The translations under genes and the position numbers were made by a program. The notes beneath the pieces are model-generated. The model had not been told where the DNA came from. It worked only from the letters and a program-made list of their open reading frames with translations, and ran no database searches. A stretch of 64,000 nt of DNA, taken from Gammaproteobacteria bacterium (GTDB lineage: Bacteria; Pseudomonadota; Gammaproteobacteria; Pseudomonadales; Azotimanducaceae). Location of the stretch: the NCBI GenBank assembly GCA_009839505.1, contig VXPO01000013.1, positions 43,300 through 107,299 on the forward strand, written 5' to 3'. Positions 22,195 to 31,626 of the stretch are shown here, piece by piece. Position 1 is the stretch's first letter; the number at the start of each line of letters is the position of its first letter.

Positions 22195-22752
22195 CTACGG
22201 GAGTTCCGTCCACGACAGCCGGCGGGCCCTGCTACCGTCCTGGGCGCGGCCGAAAGTACTCTGCAGGGTCACCGTGACGCCCGCGGTCGCCCCGGTGCCG
22301 CGGGCGGTGACGCCGAAGACATCCATCGTCACCGGTTGCAGCGGGTTGTCCTTCGGCCCGGTGTCGGTAAGGGTTGTCAGCCACTCGATGAGGTAGCGAG
22401 GCTGCTGCTCGACGCCGGGCACCGACGATTCGGGAACACGGCCCTCTTTCCAGACGTCGGAGCGCCGCCATGGTGGCATCCCACCGTAGTCCGGACTGGT
22501 CGCCAAACCCCCGGTCCCCGCTGCCGTGAACGTGTCCACGGGGTCGCCGCCGCCTTCGACGAGCCACCGCTCCGCATCGACCAACGCCGCCTCGGCCGCA
22601 TGGAACGCCAGCACGGCATCCGTCGCGTTCCGCGCCATGCGCAGCTCCAAGGTCGTGGTTCTGGCCGCAGCCAGGGACCCGACGGTAAGAGCAAGCAGCA
22701 GTCCGAGAGCCACGACAAGGACGAAGCCGCGGGCGGGTCTACCTGCCATCAT
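22195..22752 (-). CDS. pilX: Type IV pilus minor pilin PilX (PilX N-terminal domain)
   Basis: GFVLVVALGLLLALTVGSLAAARTTTLELRMARNATDAVLAFHAAEAALVDAERW. Confidence 0.7.
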   Translation of the reverse strand: MMAGRPARGFVLVVALGLLLALTVGSLAAARTTTLELRMARNATDAVLAFHAAEAALVDAERWLVEGGGDPVDTFTAAGTGGLATSPDYGGMPPWRRSDVWKEGRVPESSVPGVEQQPRYLIEWLTTLTDTGPKDNPLQPVTMDVFGVTARGTGATAGVTVTLQSTFGRAQDGSRARRLSWTELP

Positions 22753-23819
22753 CGGTTACGCAACGCCAAGGTACGTGAGAAACGCCGCGACAGTGCCTGA
22801 CCATCGGTGGTGACGACGTCCACACTGGACACCACCAACGACACCCGTACGGTGCGCACGGGATCCGTGGTGTCCCCGGGTGGCACGTAGCGAGTCGGCG
22901 CGCGGGAACCATCGTCCGGGATGCCGTCGACGCCGAACATGATCTCCATGTCCTCGATGCCCTCGATGAGTTCCACGGCCCGACGCGTCGACGTCTTGCG
23001 CCACAGGGACCAGACAGCGTCGTGCCGGTTGTTGGTGCCACTCCCCTCGGCCACGAAGTAGATCTCGGTCACGACATGGGCGACCGCTGCGCCTGCAGGC
23101 TGGTCCTCGTCACCGAAGGGATCGAGGTCGACGAACACCGAGGCAGCGGGCCGATTGTCGAACGGACCACTCCCGCTGGTCCGCGTGAGCGTCGTCCTCC
23201 CAACGCCTCCGCCGGTATCGTCGATGCGCACCAGTGCCGCTTGTCGGCAGTCGGACACCAAGGCGAAGTCGCCCGTAAGGGAGGAGTCCTCGTCCAGCAT
23301 CACCGTGAGCGGGTCGGCGTCCGACCAAGGCGCGGCAAGTCGATGGAGCGGCGCTTCGACCCGGCGAAACACGACAACATCGCTACCCGGTTTCAGCCGC
23401 GCGGGGGCGATGCGGTTGCGGGACTTGAAAGCCTGTCCCGATCCATCCACGCCTCGCAGGGGCAAGGCGGACAGCGGCGGGTTCCAGTCTTCCGCACCGT
23501 TCCCCGCGCCAACGCCGTCGAAGCCATCCACGGCGACCGCGATCCCAACCTCGACGACTCGCTCCCAGGCGCCGTTGAGACCGTTGACGACGTCAACCCC
23601 GGACGAACAGCCGAGGTAGCCCGCGCCGCGTGCCGACCGGGCAAGGAATGCGAAGGCGTGACGAACCGACTCCTGCAGACCGGCCTCGCCCGAGAGCAGG
23701 ACGTTGCTTCTGCTCGAGGCGGCGAACAGCTGCACCAGCGCCGCCGCTACGACGACGCCCAGCGAGGCGGCGAGGAGGATCTCGAGGAGCGAGAATCCCC
23801 CAACGGATCGCCCGCTCAT
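22749..23819 (-). CDS. pilW: Type IV pilus minor pilin PilW
   Basis: GGFSLLEILLAASLGVVVAAALVQLFAASSRSN. About 356 aa. Sits between pilV and pilX with 4-nt overlaps. Confidence 0.8.
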   Translation of the reverse strand: MSGRSVGGFSLLEILLAASLGVVVAAALVQLFAASSRSNVLLSGEAGLQESVRHAFAFLARSARGAGYLGCSSGVDVVNGLNGAWERVVEVGIAVAVDGFDGVGAGNGAEDWNPPLSALPLRGVDGSGQAFKSRNRIAPARLKPGSDVVVFRRVEAPLHRLAAPWSDADPLTVMLDEDSSLTGDFALVSDCRQAALVRIDDTGGGVGRTTLTRTSGSGPFDNRPAASVFVDLDPFGDEDQPAGAAVAHVVTEIYFVAEGSGTNNRHDAVWSLWRKTSTRRAVELIEGIEDMEIMFGVDGIPDDGSRAPTRYVPPGDTTDPVRTVRVSLVVSSVDVVTTDGQALSRRFSRTLALRNR

Positions 23820-24316
23820 CCACGTCCTCCCCGGATCACGAGTTCTCGAGGTTCATGCCCCTGCCAGGTCACCGTCACCGAGAACGCGCCGTCGCCCGCC
23901 GAGTCGACGCCACCGTCGCCCCCTGGTAGTCCGGGCTGTTCCCGCGGGTCGCCCAGTAGGCCGGTGGCGCGAATCGCCGCACAGCTCGACTCGGCGTGCC
24001 AACGGCCCAGTGAACACTTCCACACCGCCAAGTCGAACGCCGCTAGTTCCGCCGCGTCGCAGTCGCGTGCGAGGCAGTCCACGAACGCCGGCGGCGGTGT
24101 GCCCGGTCCCGTGGTGTACGTTCCGGCGGTGTTCGCCTGGATGCGATCCGCCATGTCCTCCGCCAGCATAACCGCCAACGTGGTCTCAAGCGCCGTTCGG
24201 GCGTTGCGGGCACTCGCAAGCTGCAACCCCGCGACCCCCAACACGCCCACGGCGACGACCAGTATCGCAACGAGGAGTTCGATCAACGAGTAGCCGCGGC
24301 GCATCAGTCGGTCCAT
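23816..24316 (-). CDS. pilV: Type IV pilus minor pilin PilV
   Basis: RRGYSLIELLVAILVVAVGVLGVAGLQLASARNARTA. Confidence 0.8.
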   Translation of the reverse strand: MDRLMRRGYSLIELLVAILVVAVGVLGVAGLQLASARNARTALETTLAVMLAEDMADRIQANTAGTYTTGPGTPPPAFVDCLARDCDAAELAAFDLAVWKCSLGRWHAESSCAAIRATGLLGDPREQPGLPGGDGGVDSAGDGAFSVTVTWQGHEPRELVIRGGRG

Positions 24317-24759
24317 TGCTGCTCCCGGGCATCATCGAAGTCGCCGTCGCCATTGCGGTCCCAACGCCGAGCGCCAACGCTGTCCAGTTCGAGCACGCCT
24401 TCCGCGGCCGCCGCCCCGTCGCTGCGCGGGACAGCCCGCAACACGAAGCCGTTGGAATTCGAGGCCTGCAGGCGGATCTCGTAGACATCGGCCCTGACCG
24501 CGCACAGGTTCTCCGAGACCGGCCCCGTGGAAGCGTCTCCCACGCTGTCTCCATCGGTGTCCACCGCCATCGCGTAGCCCATGGTTTGTGTGGCGTGGCG
24601 TTCCAACCCTTGGGCACAGCGAAGCAGGTCGGCCTGAGCGTTGACCCGATGGGCGCGTAGGCCGTACGTCGTGTACACCGGCACCGCCACCGAGACGACG
24701 ATGGCGAGGATCGCCACCGCCACCAATAGTTCGAGAAGCGAGAACGCCCTATGAAGCAT
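24304..24759 (-). CDS. pilE: PilE-type type IV pilin-like protein
   Basis: HRAFSLLELLVAVAILAIVVSVAVPVYTTYGLRAHRVNAQADLLRCAQGLERH matches the COG4968-style pattern Y..Y..R..R..AQ..L...A..LER. Confidence 0.7.
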   Translation of the reverse strand: MLHRAFSLLELLVAVAILAIVVSVAVPVYTTYGLRAHRVNAQADLLRCAQGLERHATQTMGYAMAVDTDGDSVGDASTGPVSENLCAVRADVYEIRLQASNSNGFVLRAVPRSDGAAAAEGVLELDSVGARRWDRNGDGDFDDAREQQWTD

Positions 24760-24796
24760 GTACCACCCGTGACCGCAGCGGCGCGGACGGTTGGCG

Positions 24797-25270
24797 CTAC
24801 GGAATGGCGACCTTCAGTATGGTGACATCGAACACCAGATCGCGCCCGGCCAAGGGATGGTTGAAGTCCACCAAGACCGTCTCCGGACCCACCGAGCGCA
24901 CAACGCCCGGGACTTCGCCGCCCGCCGCCGCAAAGGCGATCATCATCCCCGGTTCGAGGTCCGAGGCGTTAGGGAAATCCGCCCGAGGCAGCGTGCGAAT
25001 GTTCTCCTTCTGGTGCAATCCAAAACCCTGGGCGGGCGGAATGGAGATTCGCTCGTCATCACCGGCGCGCAGGCCGAAGAGCGCACGTTCGAAACCGCCC
25101 GGCAGGTTGCCGTCGCCTACGATGAAGGTCGCCGGCTTGGAGCGCCGGGTCGTATCGATCTCTTCCCCCGATTCGAGATGGATCGAGAAGTGCAGCGTCA
25201 CCCGCGTGCCGGGACCGATGGCGATGTCGTCTGCGGAGCCCCTCCCCTCCCGTGCGATGAGCTGGTTCAC
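24797..25270 (-). CDS. fkpB: FKBP-type peptidyl-prolyl isomerase (FkpB/SlpA-like)
   Basis: GTRVTLHFSIHLESGEEIDTT...FIVGDGNLPGGFERALFGLRAGD...VDFNHPLAGRDLVFDVTILKV. The GTG at 25270 overlaps the lspA stop. The upstream part of the 301-aa track ORF overlaps lspA and is rejected. Confidence 0.85.
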   Translation of the reverse strand: MNQLIAREGRGSADDIAIGPGTRVTLHFSIHLESGEEIDTTRRSKPATFIVGDGNLPGGFERALFGLRAGDDERISIPPAQGFGLHQKENIRTLPRADFPNASDLEPGMMIAFAAAGGEVPGVVRSVGPETVLVDFNHPLAGRDLVFDVTILKVAIP

Positions 25271-25758
25271 TCGGGCGTTCCGTCGGATCCGGTGGCGGCG
25301 CGACGGCGCCGGGTCCGTATCACATCGGAGGCGATCAGCGCGATCCAGCCCGCAGCGCCCACCGTGATGGCGCTGTCCGCCACGTTGAACACCGGAAAGT
25401 TGAACCAGCCGTAGTGCACATGGACGAAGTCGACGACACAGCCGCGGATCAGCCGGTCCACGAGGTTGCCGACGGCACCGGCGAGGATGAGCGCATTGGA
25501 GACGCCTTCCAGGGACGTGGTGGTGTACCGCCAGATCGCCACGATCAGGTAGACCGAGACCAGTACGGCGGCGATGGCGAACAGCCAGCCGAGATCCTGG
25601 AACATGCTGAATGCCGCACCCGTGTTGCAGGTCAGCGTCCACGACAGGAACGGCAGCACATCGACGGATCGGCCGCCATCGAGCAGAGCGAGAGCGAGCC
25701 ATTTCGTCGCCTGATCAAGCGTCAGCACCACGACGGCCAGGCCGTACCAGCGCATCAT
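25267..25758 (-). CDS. lspA: Lipoprotein signal peptidase II
   Basis: ...NTGAAFS... and WFNFPVFNVADSAITVGA. Confidence 0.93.
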   Translation of the reverse strand: MMRWYGLAVVVLTLDQATKWLALALLDGGRSVDVLPFLSWTLTCNTGAAFSMFQDLGWLFAIAAVLVSVYLIVAIWRYTTTSLEGVSNALILAGAVGNLVDRLIRGCVVDFVHVHYGWFNFPVFNVADSAITVGAAGWIALIASDVIRTRRRRAATGSDGTPE

Positions 25759-26717
25759 CCCTTGCCGCTGTCCACGCCTTGCATGAGGGCCGGGCGTTGA
25801 GCGAAGTACTCCCGTATTCGTCGGATATCGCGTTCCATCTCGACGCGCAGCGCGTCCAGCGACGGGAATAGGCGCTCCTCGCGGATCTTGTGGTGCAACG
25901 TGACGGTCAACAGACGCCCGTAGATGTCCTCGTCAAAGTCGAGCACGTGAACTTCCAAGAGCGGTTCCTTGCCTCCCACCGTGGGCCGGACCCCTAGATT
26001 GGCCGCCCCCAGGCGGGTCGGGCCGATGCCGTCCACCGTCACCGCGAACACGCCTTCGAGGGCCGCCTTGTAGCGTTGCAGGCGGATGTTGGCCGTTGGC
26101 ACGCCCAGCTCCTGCCCGAGCCGGCAGCCATAGACCACGCGGCCCATGATGAAGTACGGACGCCCGAGAAGTTTTTCGGCGAGCCTGAAGTCGCCTGCCG
26201 CGAGAGCTTCGCGGATCCGGGTACTGCTGACCCGCTCGTGATCGAACGTCAGCGTACCCATATGACTAACGCCGAAGCCGAGACGGTCGCCGGCCCGCTT
26301 GAGCATCGCGTAGTCACCCTCGCGGTCGCGCCCGAACTGGAAGTCGTCCCCCACCACGAGGTAGCGCACGCCGAGCAGGTCGACCAGGAACCGTTCGATC
26401 ACCTCGTCGGCCGGGATCAGGCGGGTACGCTCGTTGAACGGGATGCACAGCACCCGGTCGATCCCCGACTCGCACAGCAGATGGATCTTCTCCCGGAACC
26501 GCGTCAGCCGCGCCGGCGCTGGCGTGTGCTGGAAGTACTCGCGCGGCTGCGGCTCGAAAGTGACCAGCACGCTTGGCGCACCCAATTCGCGACTCTTGGC
26601 TGTCAGATGCGCGAGCAGCATCTGGTGGCCGTAGTGCACACCGTCGAACGTGCCGATGGTCGCCACGCACCCCGCGTGACGGGGCCGGATGTTGTGCAGA
26701 CCGCGGATGATCTCCAT
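25755..26717 (-). CDS. ribF: Bifunctional riboflavin kinase / FAD synthetase
   Basis: CVATIGTFDGVHYGHQMLL and the C-terminal GRPYFIMGRVVYGCRLGQELGVPTANI. Confidence 0.93.
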   Translation of the reverse strand: MEIIRGLHNIRPRHAGCVATIGTFDGVHYGHQMLLAHLTAKSRELGAPSVLVTFEPQPREYFQHTPAPARLTRFREKIHLLCESGIDRVLCIPFNERTRLIPADEVIERFLVDLLGVRYLVVGDDFQFGRDREGDYAMLKRAGDRLGFGVSHMGTLTFDHERVSSTRIREALAAGDFRLAEKLLGRPYFIMGRVVYGCRLGQELGVPTANIRLQRYKAALEGVFAVTVDGIGPTRLGAANLGVRPTVGGKEPLLEVHVLDFDEDIYGRLLTVTLHHKIREERLFPSLDALRVEMERDIRRIREYFAQRPALMQGVDSGKG

Positions 26718-26849
26718 AGCGCGCGGAGTGTATTACACGACGGTCAGTGCGATGGCGTTCGTCGATGACGATTCGTCCCCAATGTTGGGGACGCGCGGCT
26801 CCCGGATCGTTGTCTACGCTTCACGACTCGGAGGTGGAGTCCACGCGCG

Positions 26850-29846
26850 ATGCCTGATCGCACAGTCAATGGGCCGAACGACCGGGATCCCAATCGCGCA
26901 CCCCCAGCCTGCGGGTCATCGCCGCCGACGCCGCAGGGATGGGGCATCCCTCATCTATCCGTCGCCCTGATGGTTGCCATCGGGCCATGGCAACTGGAAC
27001 ATTGCATCGCTGCGGAGCACGTGGTCCCGTTGTTCCTTTCCGCGTCCGACGGCGAACGAGAGAGCTTCGTTCGGGTCATCAATCGTTCGGAGGAAGGTGC
27101 CGACGTGCGAATCACCGCCACCGACGACTCGGGCTGGCGCCCGGGAGACCTCACGCTCACGGTCGGCGCGCGCGAGGCTGTGCACTTCAATTCGACGGAC
27201 TTCGAGCAGGGCAACTCCGAGAAAGGCTTGCAGAGTGCCGCGGGGGCACCCGTTGAAGGCGACTGGCGTCTTGTACTCGACAGCGGGTTGGACTTGGAGA
27301 TCCTGAGCTACATCCGCACCAGCGACGGCATGCTCAGCAGCATGCACGACACCGTGCCCCGCACCGAGTCCCGGCATCGCGTGTCGACTTTCAATCCGGG
27401 GTCCAACGTCAACCAGGTCAGCCGGTTGCGCTTGGTCAATCCGGGCGAGGAGGAAGTCGAGGTGGCGATCCGCGGCATCGACGACAGCGGCGCGTCCCCC
27501 GGAGCGGATACTCGATTGATGATTCGGCCCGGGGCTGCGGCGACGTTCACCGCGCAGGAACTCGAGGCGGGTTCCGCACCCGAGCTCGACGGCGGAATCG
27601 GCGACGGCTACGGCAAGTGGCAGCTGATCGTGACCGCGGATCAGCCCATCTGGGTGATGAGCCTTCTCGACAGCCCGACCGGTCACCTGACGAACCTGTC
27701 GACCCCAGGTTCGGAACACGGCCCATTCCACCGGGTGGATCTGTTCCCACAATCGTCCAATCCAGACCTGGAGGGATTCGTACGCGTGATCAATCACGGC
27801 GACGAATCTGGGATCGTGCGCGTCCGGGCACTCGACGGATCAGGCAGGGACTACGGGACAGTCGAACTCACGCTGGGGACAGGGCGGTCCGCTCACTTCA
27901 ACTCGACCGACCTGGAGGCCGGCAACGCCAACAAGGGGTTGCCGGTGGGCGTCGGCCCGGGCAACGGCCCGTGGCGGTTGGAACTGGAAACGGACCTCGA
28001 CATCGAGCTGCTGAGCTACATCCGAACGCCGGACGGGTTCCTGGCAGCCATGCATGACCACGTGCCGCCTGCGGTGAACCGACACCGCGTCTCGACCTTC
28101 AATCCAGCCAGGAACACGAACCAGGTGAGCCAACTACGGATGATCAATCCGGCAGACAAGCCGGTCGACGTGGCGATTCGGGGTCTCGATGGCAAAGGCG
28201 AGTCACCCGGTGACGAAGTGCGCCTCACCCTGCAGGCGCACGCCGCACGAACGCTGACGGCCCAGGACCTCGAGTCGGGCGAGGCAGACGGCCTGACGGG
28301 TGCACTCGCCACGGGCGCCGGCAAGTGGCAGTTGATCGTCGCGGCCGACCACCCTATCCGGCTGATGAGTCTGCTGGCGAGCCCCACCGGACATCTCTTG
28401 AACCTGTCGACGAGGCCGACCCGGAAGCACGTGGGCCCGATCACCGACCGCTTCGAGGCGTGGAACACGAGACTCGAACCCAAATCGTGGTGGAAGGAGT
28501 CCGCGCCATATTCCTGCCGCCCGACGGAGAATCCGAACTCGCCCTGGCTGAGCGCGGGTCTGCCGGATCTCGGCGGGAGCGATCCACTGTCGCTGATCCG
28601 CTACTACGGGAACGGCAGCTACGTGAGGTACGGAAACATGGGGTTCGCGGGTTGTACGCTCTTGTGGAAGTATCCACGCGCCACTTATTCCGACACGCCC
28701 GCCGACCCGACCTACTACACGCCCGAGGTGGACATCACGGTCGACATCGCGCGTGTTCCGCTCGACGCGCCGGGCTGGCCCAGCGAGGAACGGGTCGACG
28801 TGACGCTCGACGAGACGGTGGACCTGCTGAACCAGCACGTCACTCCCTACTACCACAAACTCTCCGAAGGCCAGTTCCGCGTCGCGTTCCACAAGGGGGT
28901 CGACTTCGAGGTTCCGGGGGATGGGTCCAAGGAAGCGCTGAAGGCGCGTCACCGCGAGATCCTCGGCCTGGATTGCACGGACTGGCCCTGCAGCGACTAC
29001 GATTCCGGCGCCGTCAATCGAATGCTGTTCGTGAACGTGCCGAGACTCGGTGCCGGTGCCTGGAACGGAAACGCGCAGATTGGCCTCGCGCACATCGAGC
29101 ATGCCAACATGCGGGTGATCGTGCACGAAATCGGGCATGCATGGCTCTTCTGGCCACACTCCTATGTGGAGATGCTCTGGCAACCGTATCCTGACGACGA
29201 GCTTGGAGACCCCAACCCGTACAGCAACCCCTACGACTTCATGTCGACGCTCAAAGAGAAAAACGGCTGGCGCCAGAGCATGCCGGCAACCCTTGCCATC
29301 AATCGCTACTCCGCAGGCTGGATACCACCAGAAAACGTGGCGCTGCATGTCACGGCCTCCGCGACCTATACGTTGCGCAGGCCGTACGACGGCGGCTACC
29401 AGTTCCTGGTGGTTCACTCGGGCCGCCCGTACGCCTTCACGACGCTGGAGGTGCCCGACCACCGCGATCCGGAATACCTGCGCGAGCACTGGGTCTACGA
29501 CCCGGACGCTCCCGACGAGCGTCGGTTGTTCCGCTACGACGGTGTACTCGTCAGTCGTTACGACCAATCGACGGGCACGGGCGTTCTAGCCCGGTTTGGC
29601 CCGGCCTTTTTCGACCGGCGCAACCCCAACTTCCAATCGGACGCAGGCTGGGGACGCGACGATCACTCGCTGCTCGTCGACGGCGAGACGCGCGACATCG
29701 GCGGTGTCGAGGTCGCGGTCGTCGGCAATGCGGACGGGAGCTACGACGTGACGCTAACGGGTGGCCGCATCGCCGAGTTCGAAACCTGGTGCAAGAAGCG
29801 ACTCGGAACGTTCGACACCGGTTGCGCGTTCGACGAGCCCCGTTGA
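26850..29846 (+). CDS. Large modular protein: duplicated unassigned N-terminal module plus a C-terminal HExxH metallopeptidase-like domain
   Basis: 998-aa ORF. Module A (aa about 57-286) and module B (aa about 294-522) are clearly homologous. HEIGH is at nt 29124-29138 (VIVHEIGHAWLFWPHSY). The start is uncertain (ATG 26850 or ATG 26969) and I see no clean signal peptide. Confidence 0.75.
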   Translation: MPDRTVNGPNDRDPNRAPPACGSSPPTPQGWGIPHLSVALMVAIGPWQLEHCIAAEHVVPLFLSASDGERESFVRVINRSEEGADVRITATDDSGWRPGDLTLTVGAREAVHFNSTDFEQGNSEKGLQSAAGAPVEGDWRLVLDSGLDLEILSYIRTSDGMLSSMHDTVPRTESRHRVSTFNPGSNVNQVSRLRLVNPGEEEVEVAIRGIDDSGASPGADTRLMIRPGAAATFTAQELEAGSAPELDGGIGDGYGKWQLIVTADQPIWVMSLLDSPTGHLTNLSTPGSEHGPFHRVDLFPQSSNPDLEGFVRVINHGDESGIVRVRALDGSGRDYGTVELTLGTGRSAHFNSTDLEAGNANKGLPVGVGPGNGPWRLELETDLDIELLSYIRTPDGFLAAMHDHVPPAVNRHRVSTFNPARNTNQVSQLRMINPADKPVDVAIRGLDGKGESPGDEVRLTLQAHAARTLTAQDLESGEADGLTGALATGAGKWQLIVAADHPIRLMSLLASPTGHLLNLSTRPTRKHVGPITDRFEAWNTRLEPKSWWKESAPYSCRPTENPNSPWLSAGLPDLGGSDPLSLIRYYGNGSYVRYGNMGFAGCTLLWKYPRATYSDTPADPTYYTPEVDITVDIARVPLDAPGWPSEERVDVTLDETVDLLNQHVTPYYHKLSEGQFRVAFHKGVDFEVPGDGSKEALKARHREILGLDCTDWPCSDYDSGAVNRMLFVNVPRLGAGAWNGNAQIGLAHIEHANMRVIVHEIGHAWLFWPHSYVEMLWQPYPDDELGDPNPYSNPYDFMSTLKEKNGWRQSMPATLAINRYSAGWIPPENVALHVTASATYTLRRPYDGGYQFLVVHSGRPYAFTTLEVPDHRDPEYLREHWVYDPDAPDERRLFRYDGVLVSRYDQSTGTGVLARFGPAFFDRRNPNFQSDAGWGRDDHSLLVDGETRDIGGVEVAVVGNADGSYDVTLTGGRIAEFETWCKKRLGTFDTGCAFDEPR

Positions 29847-29982
29847 GGTCGCACCGAGGGACGACCGCGCCGCCCGCTCGCGGGGCTACAATCCATGCTC
29901 CACTCGAACGTCGGGGAGCCGCGTGCGACTCGCAAAGGCAGCCGCCCGGCTAGAAAACGCCGTCTCGCCAAAGCTCGATACG

Positions 29983-31500
29983 ATGCTCCGCGTCGGCTGG
30001 GCAGTGGTCCTCGCCTGCTTCCTGATCCTGGCCATCGGATCACTCGTCGGAGTACTCAGCAAGGACGAGTCCGCATTCGCCTATGTCGCGAAGGGGTTCC
30101 TGAACGGCGAAATCCCCTACGTGGACCGTTGGGACCAGAAGGGGCCACTGACGTACGTCTTAAGCCTGATCGGTGTGTTGATAAACGACCTTTGGGGTAT
30201 CCGGGTTCTAGCAGGAGTCTTCCTGATCGGTTCGACCGTCGCCGCCTACAAGCTGATCCGTAACGGCTTCGGTCAATTGGCCGCGTTCTTTGCCACCACG
30301 ACACTACTGGTCTACTACGCCAGACTAGATCCAGGTGGCCTTACGGAACACTACGCACTCCTATTCCAGTTCTTGGCCCTGCACGCCTTCGTGCGAATTG
30401 AACGTCAGGCTGGCGCCGGGTTACCGCTCGCCTTCCTCGTGGGTGTACTTGGTGCAGCAGCTTTTCTGCTGCGTCCAAACCTGGTCGGTGTCTGGCTCGC
30501 GATGGGCATCTACTGGATCATCCGTGACCGGGGGATTCCCGTGCGGATGTGGGCGGCCGTTCTGGGAGGCTCAACGGCGCTGGTGGTCGTCGCCGGATTA
30601 CTCCTACTCGTAGGCGGTCTGTCGGCGTTCTGGGATGCCACCTTCACCTACAACTTCCATGCCTACGGCGAAGCTTCGAGCCCTGCCGACCGTCTTTGGA
30701 CACTTCGCCACGGCCGTTCAGTCCTGCTGCCAGTTGTTGTCATCTTCGTTTGTGCGTGGTTCGTCGCACTCTACGCCGTTGTGTTTCGGCCGGAATTGCC
30801 GGGCGGAGACCACCCGCTAGTCCGTCTCGCCGTAGTCCTTGCGCCCCTCGAACTTCTGTTGGTGTCCGTATCTGGGTACGGCTACGCCCACTACTACATC
30901 GCGTTGCTTCCCGCGATCCTTTTGTTGCTTTCGTTCGCAGTGTGGTTCGTCGTCGAACAGCGTCATGTTGCGGCAACGTTCCTCAGCGTGGTGCTTCTAA
31001 TCGGCAGTGCACACTACTACCGCGCCTACGACGCGGTACCCAAAACGATCAGCCGGGTGAAGTCGGACGTTGGTCGTGGTGACCTTCGCTATCAGTTCGC
31101 GGATCGCATCCGGCAGACGACATCCCCTGGGGACACTGTTCTTGTCTGGGGTTTCCAACCCCTCGTGCATCTCGTGGCCGAACGGGATTCCCCCACTCGC
31201 TATTTCTACCAGTTCCCGCTCATGATGCCCGGCTACACGAGCCGTGCACTTATCGACGGATTCACACAAGACGTTCGGGCGAAGGTCCCCGCGGCGATCC
31301 TCGACCAACGCGACCATAGGCTTCCGCCCTTGGACCACACCGCCCGTAGCCAATGGCGTGGCGCTCCCCGATACCTCGACGATGCGACGTTGTTCGACGC
31401 CCTCTTCGACTTCGTGGACGAGAACTACGAGGCCGTGGAGAAACGCTCCGATTGGGTGCTTTATGCGCTGAAGACACCGAACTCGGCAAGTAGCAGATGA
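29983..31500 (+). CDS. GT-C fold glycosyltransferase (ArnT/PMT_2, GT39/GT83-like)
   Basis: MLRVGWAVVLACFLILAIG...KDESAFAYVAKGFLNGEIPYVDRWDQKGPLTYVL shows the DE loop plus the WD-x-K-x-P motif typical of this family. More than 10 predicted TM helices. Confidence 0.8.
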   Translation: MLRVGWAVVLACFLILAIGSLVGVLSKDESAFAYVAKGFLNGEIPYVDRWDQKGPLTYVLSLIGVLINDLWGIRVLAGVFLIGSTVAAYKLIRNGFGQLAAFFATTTLLVYYARLDPGGLTEHYALLFQFLALHAFVRIERQAGAGLPLAFLVGVLGAAAFLLRPNLVGVWLAMGIYWIIRDRGIPVRMWAAVLGGSTALVVVAGLLLLVGGLSAFWDATFTYNFHAYGEASSPADRLWTLRHGRSVLLPVVVIFVCAWFVALYAVVFRPELPGGDHPLVRLAVVLAPLELLLVSVSGYGYAHYYIALLPAILLLLSFAVWFVVEQRHVAATFLSVVLLIGSAHYYRAYDAVPKTISRVKSDVGRGDLRYQFADRIRQTTSPGDTVLVWGFQPLVHLVAERDSPTRYFYQFPLMMPGYTSRALIDGFTQDVRAKVPAAILDQRDHRLPPLDHTARSQWRGAPRYLDDATLFDALFDFVDENYEAVEKRSDWVLYALKTPNSASSR

Positions 31501-31626
31501 TGGAACGCAATTCGACGCTGGCGCCACGATGGACGCCCCAACGGTAGGCCGTTCGACTTTCGGGGAAGCCCCGCATAGGATGCGGCGTTTGCAATAGGAG
31601 GTGCGCTGGCTTCGGCGCTGCCGCAA

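Noticed and set aside
24797-25702. 301-aa ORF that appears to be a single large protein.
   Set aside because: Only the C-terminal 157 aa (from the GTG at 25270) resemble FkpB. The upstream part is Arg-rich and overlaps lspA, which is clearly coded in another frame.
26774-26793. 8-bp stem hairpin CGTCCCCA-ATGT-TGGGGACG between ribF and the 998-aa ORF.
   Set aside because: It is a real palindrome, but it is isolated, matches no riboswitch or attenuator architecture I recognise, and has no T-tract. There is not enough to call a function.
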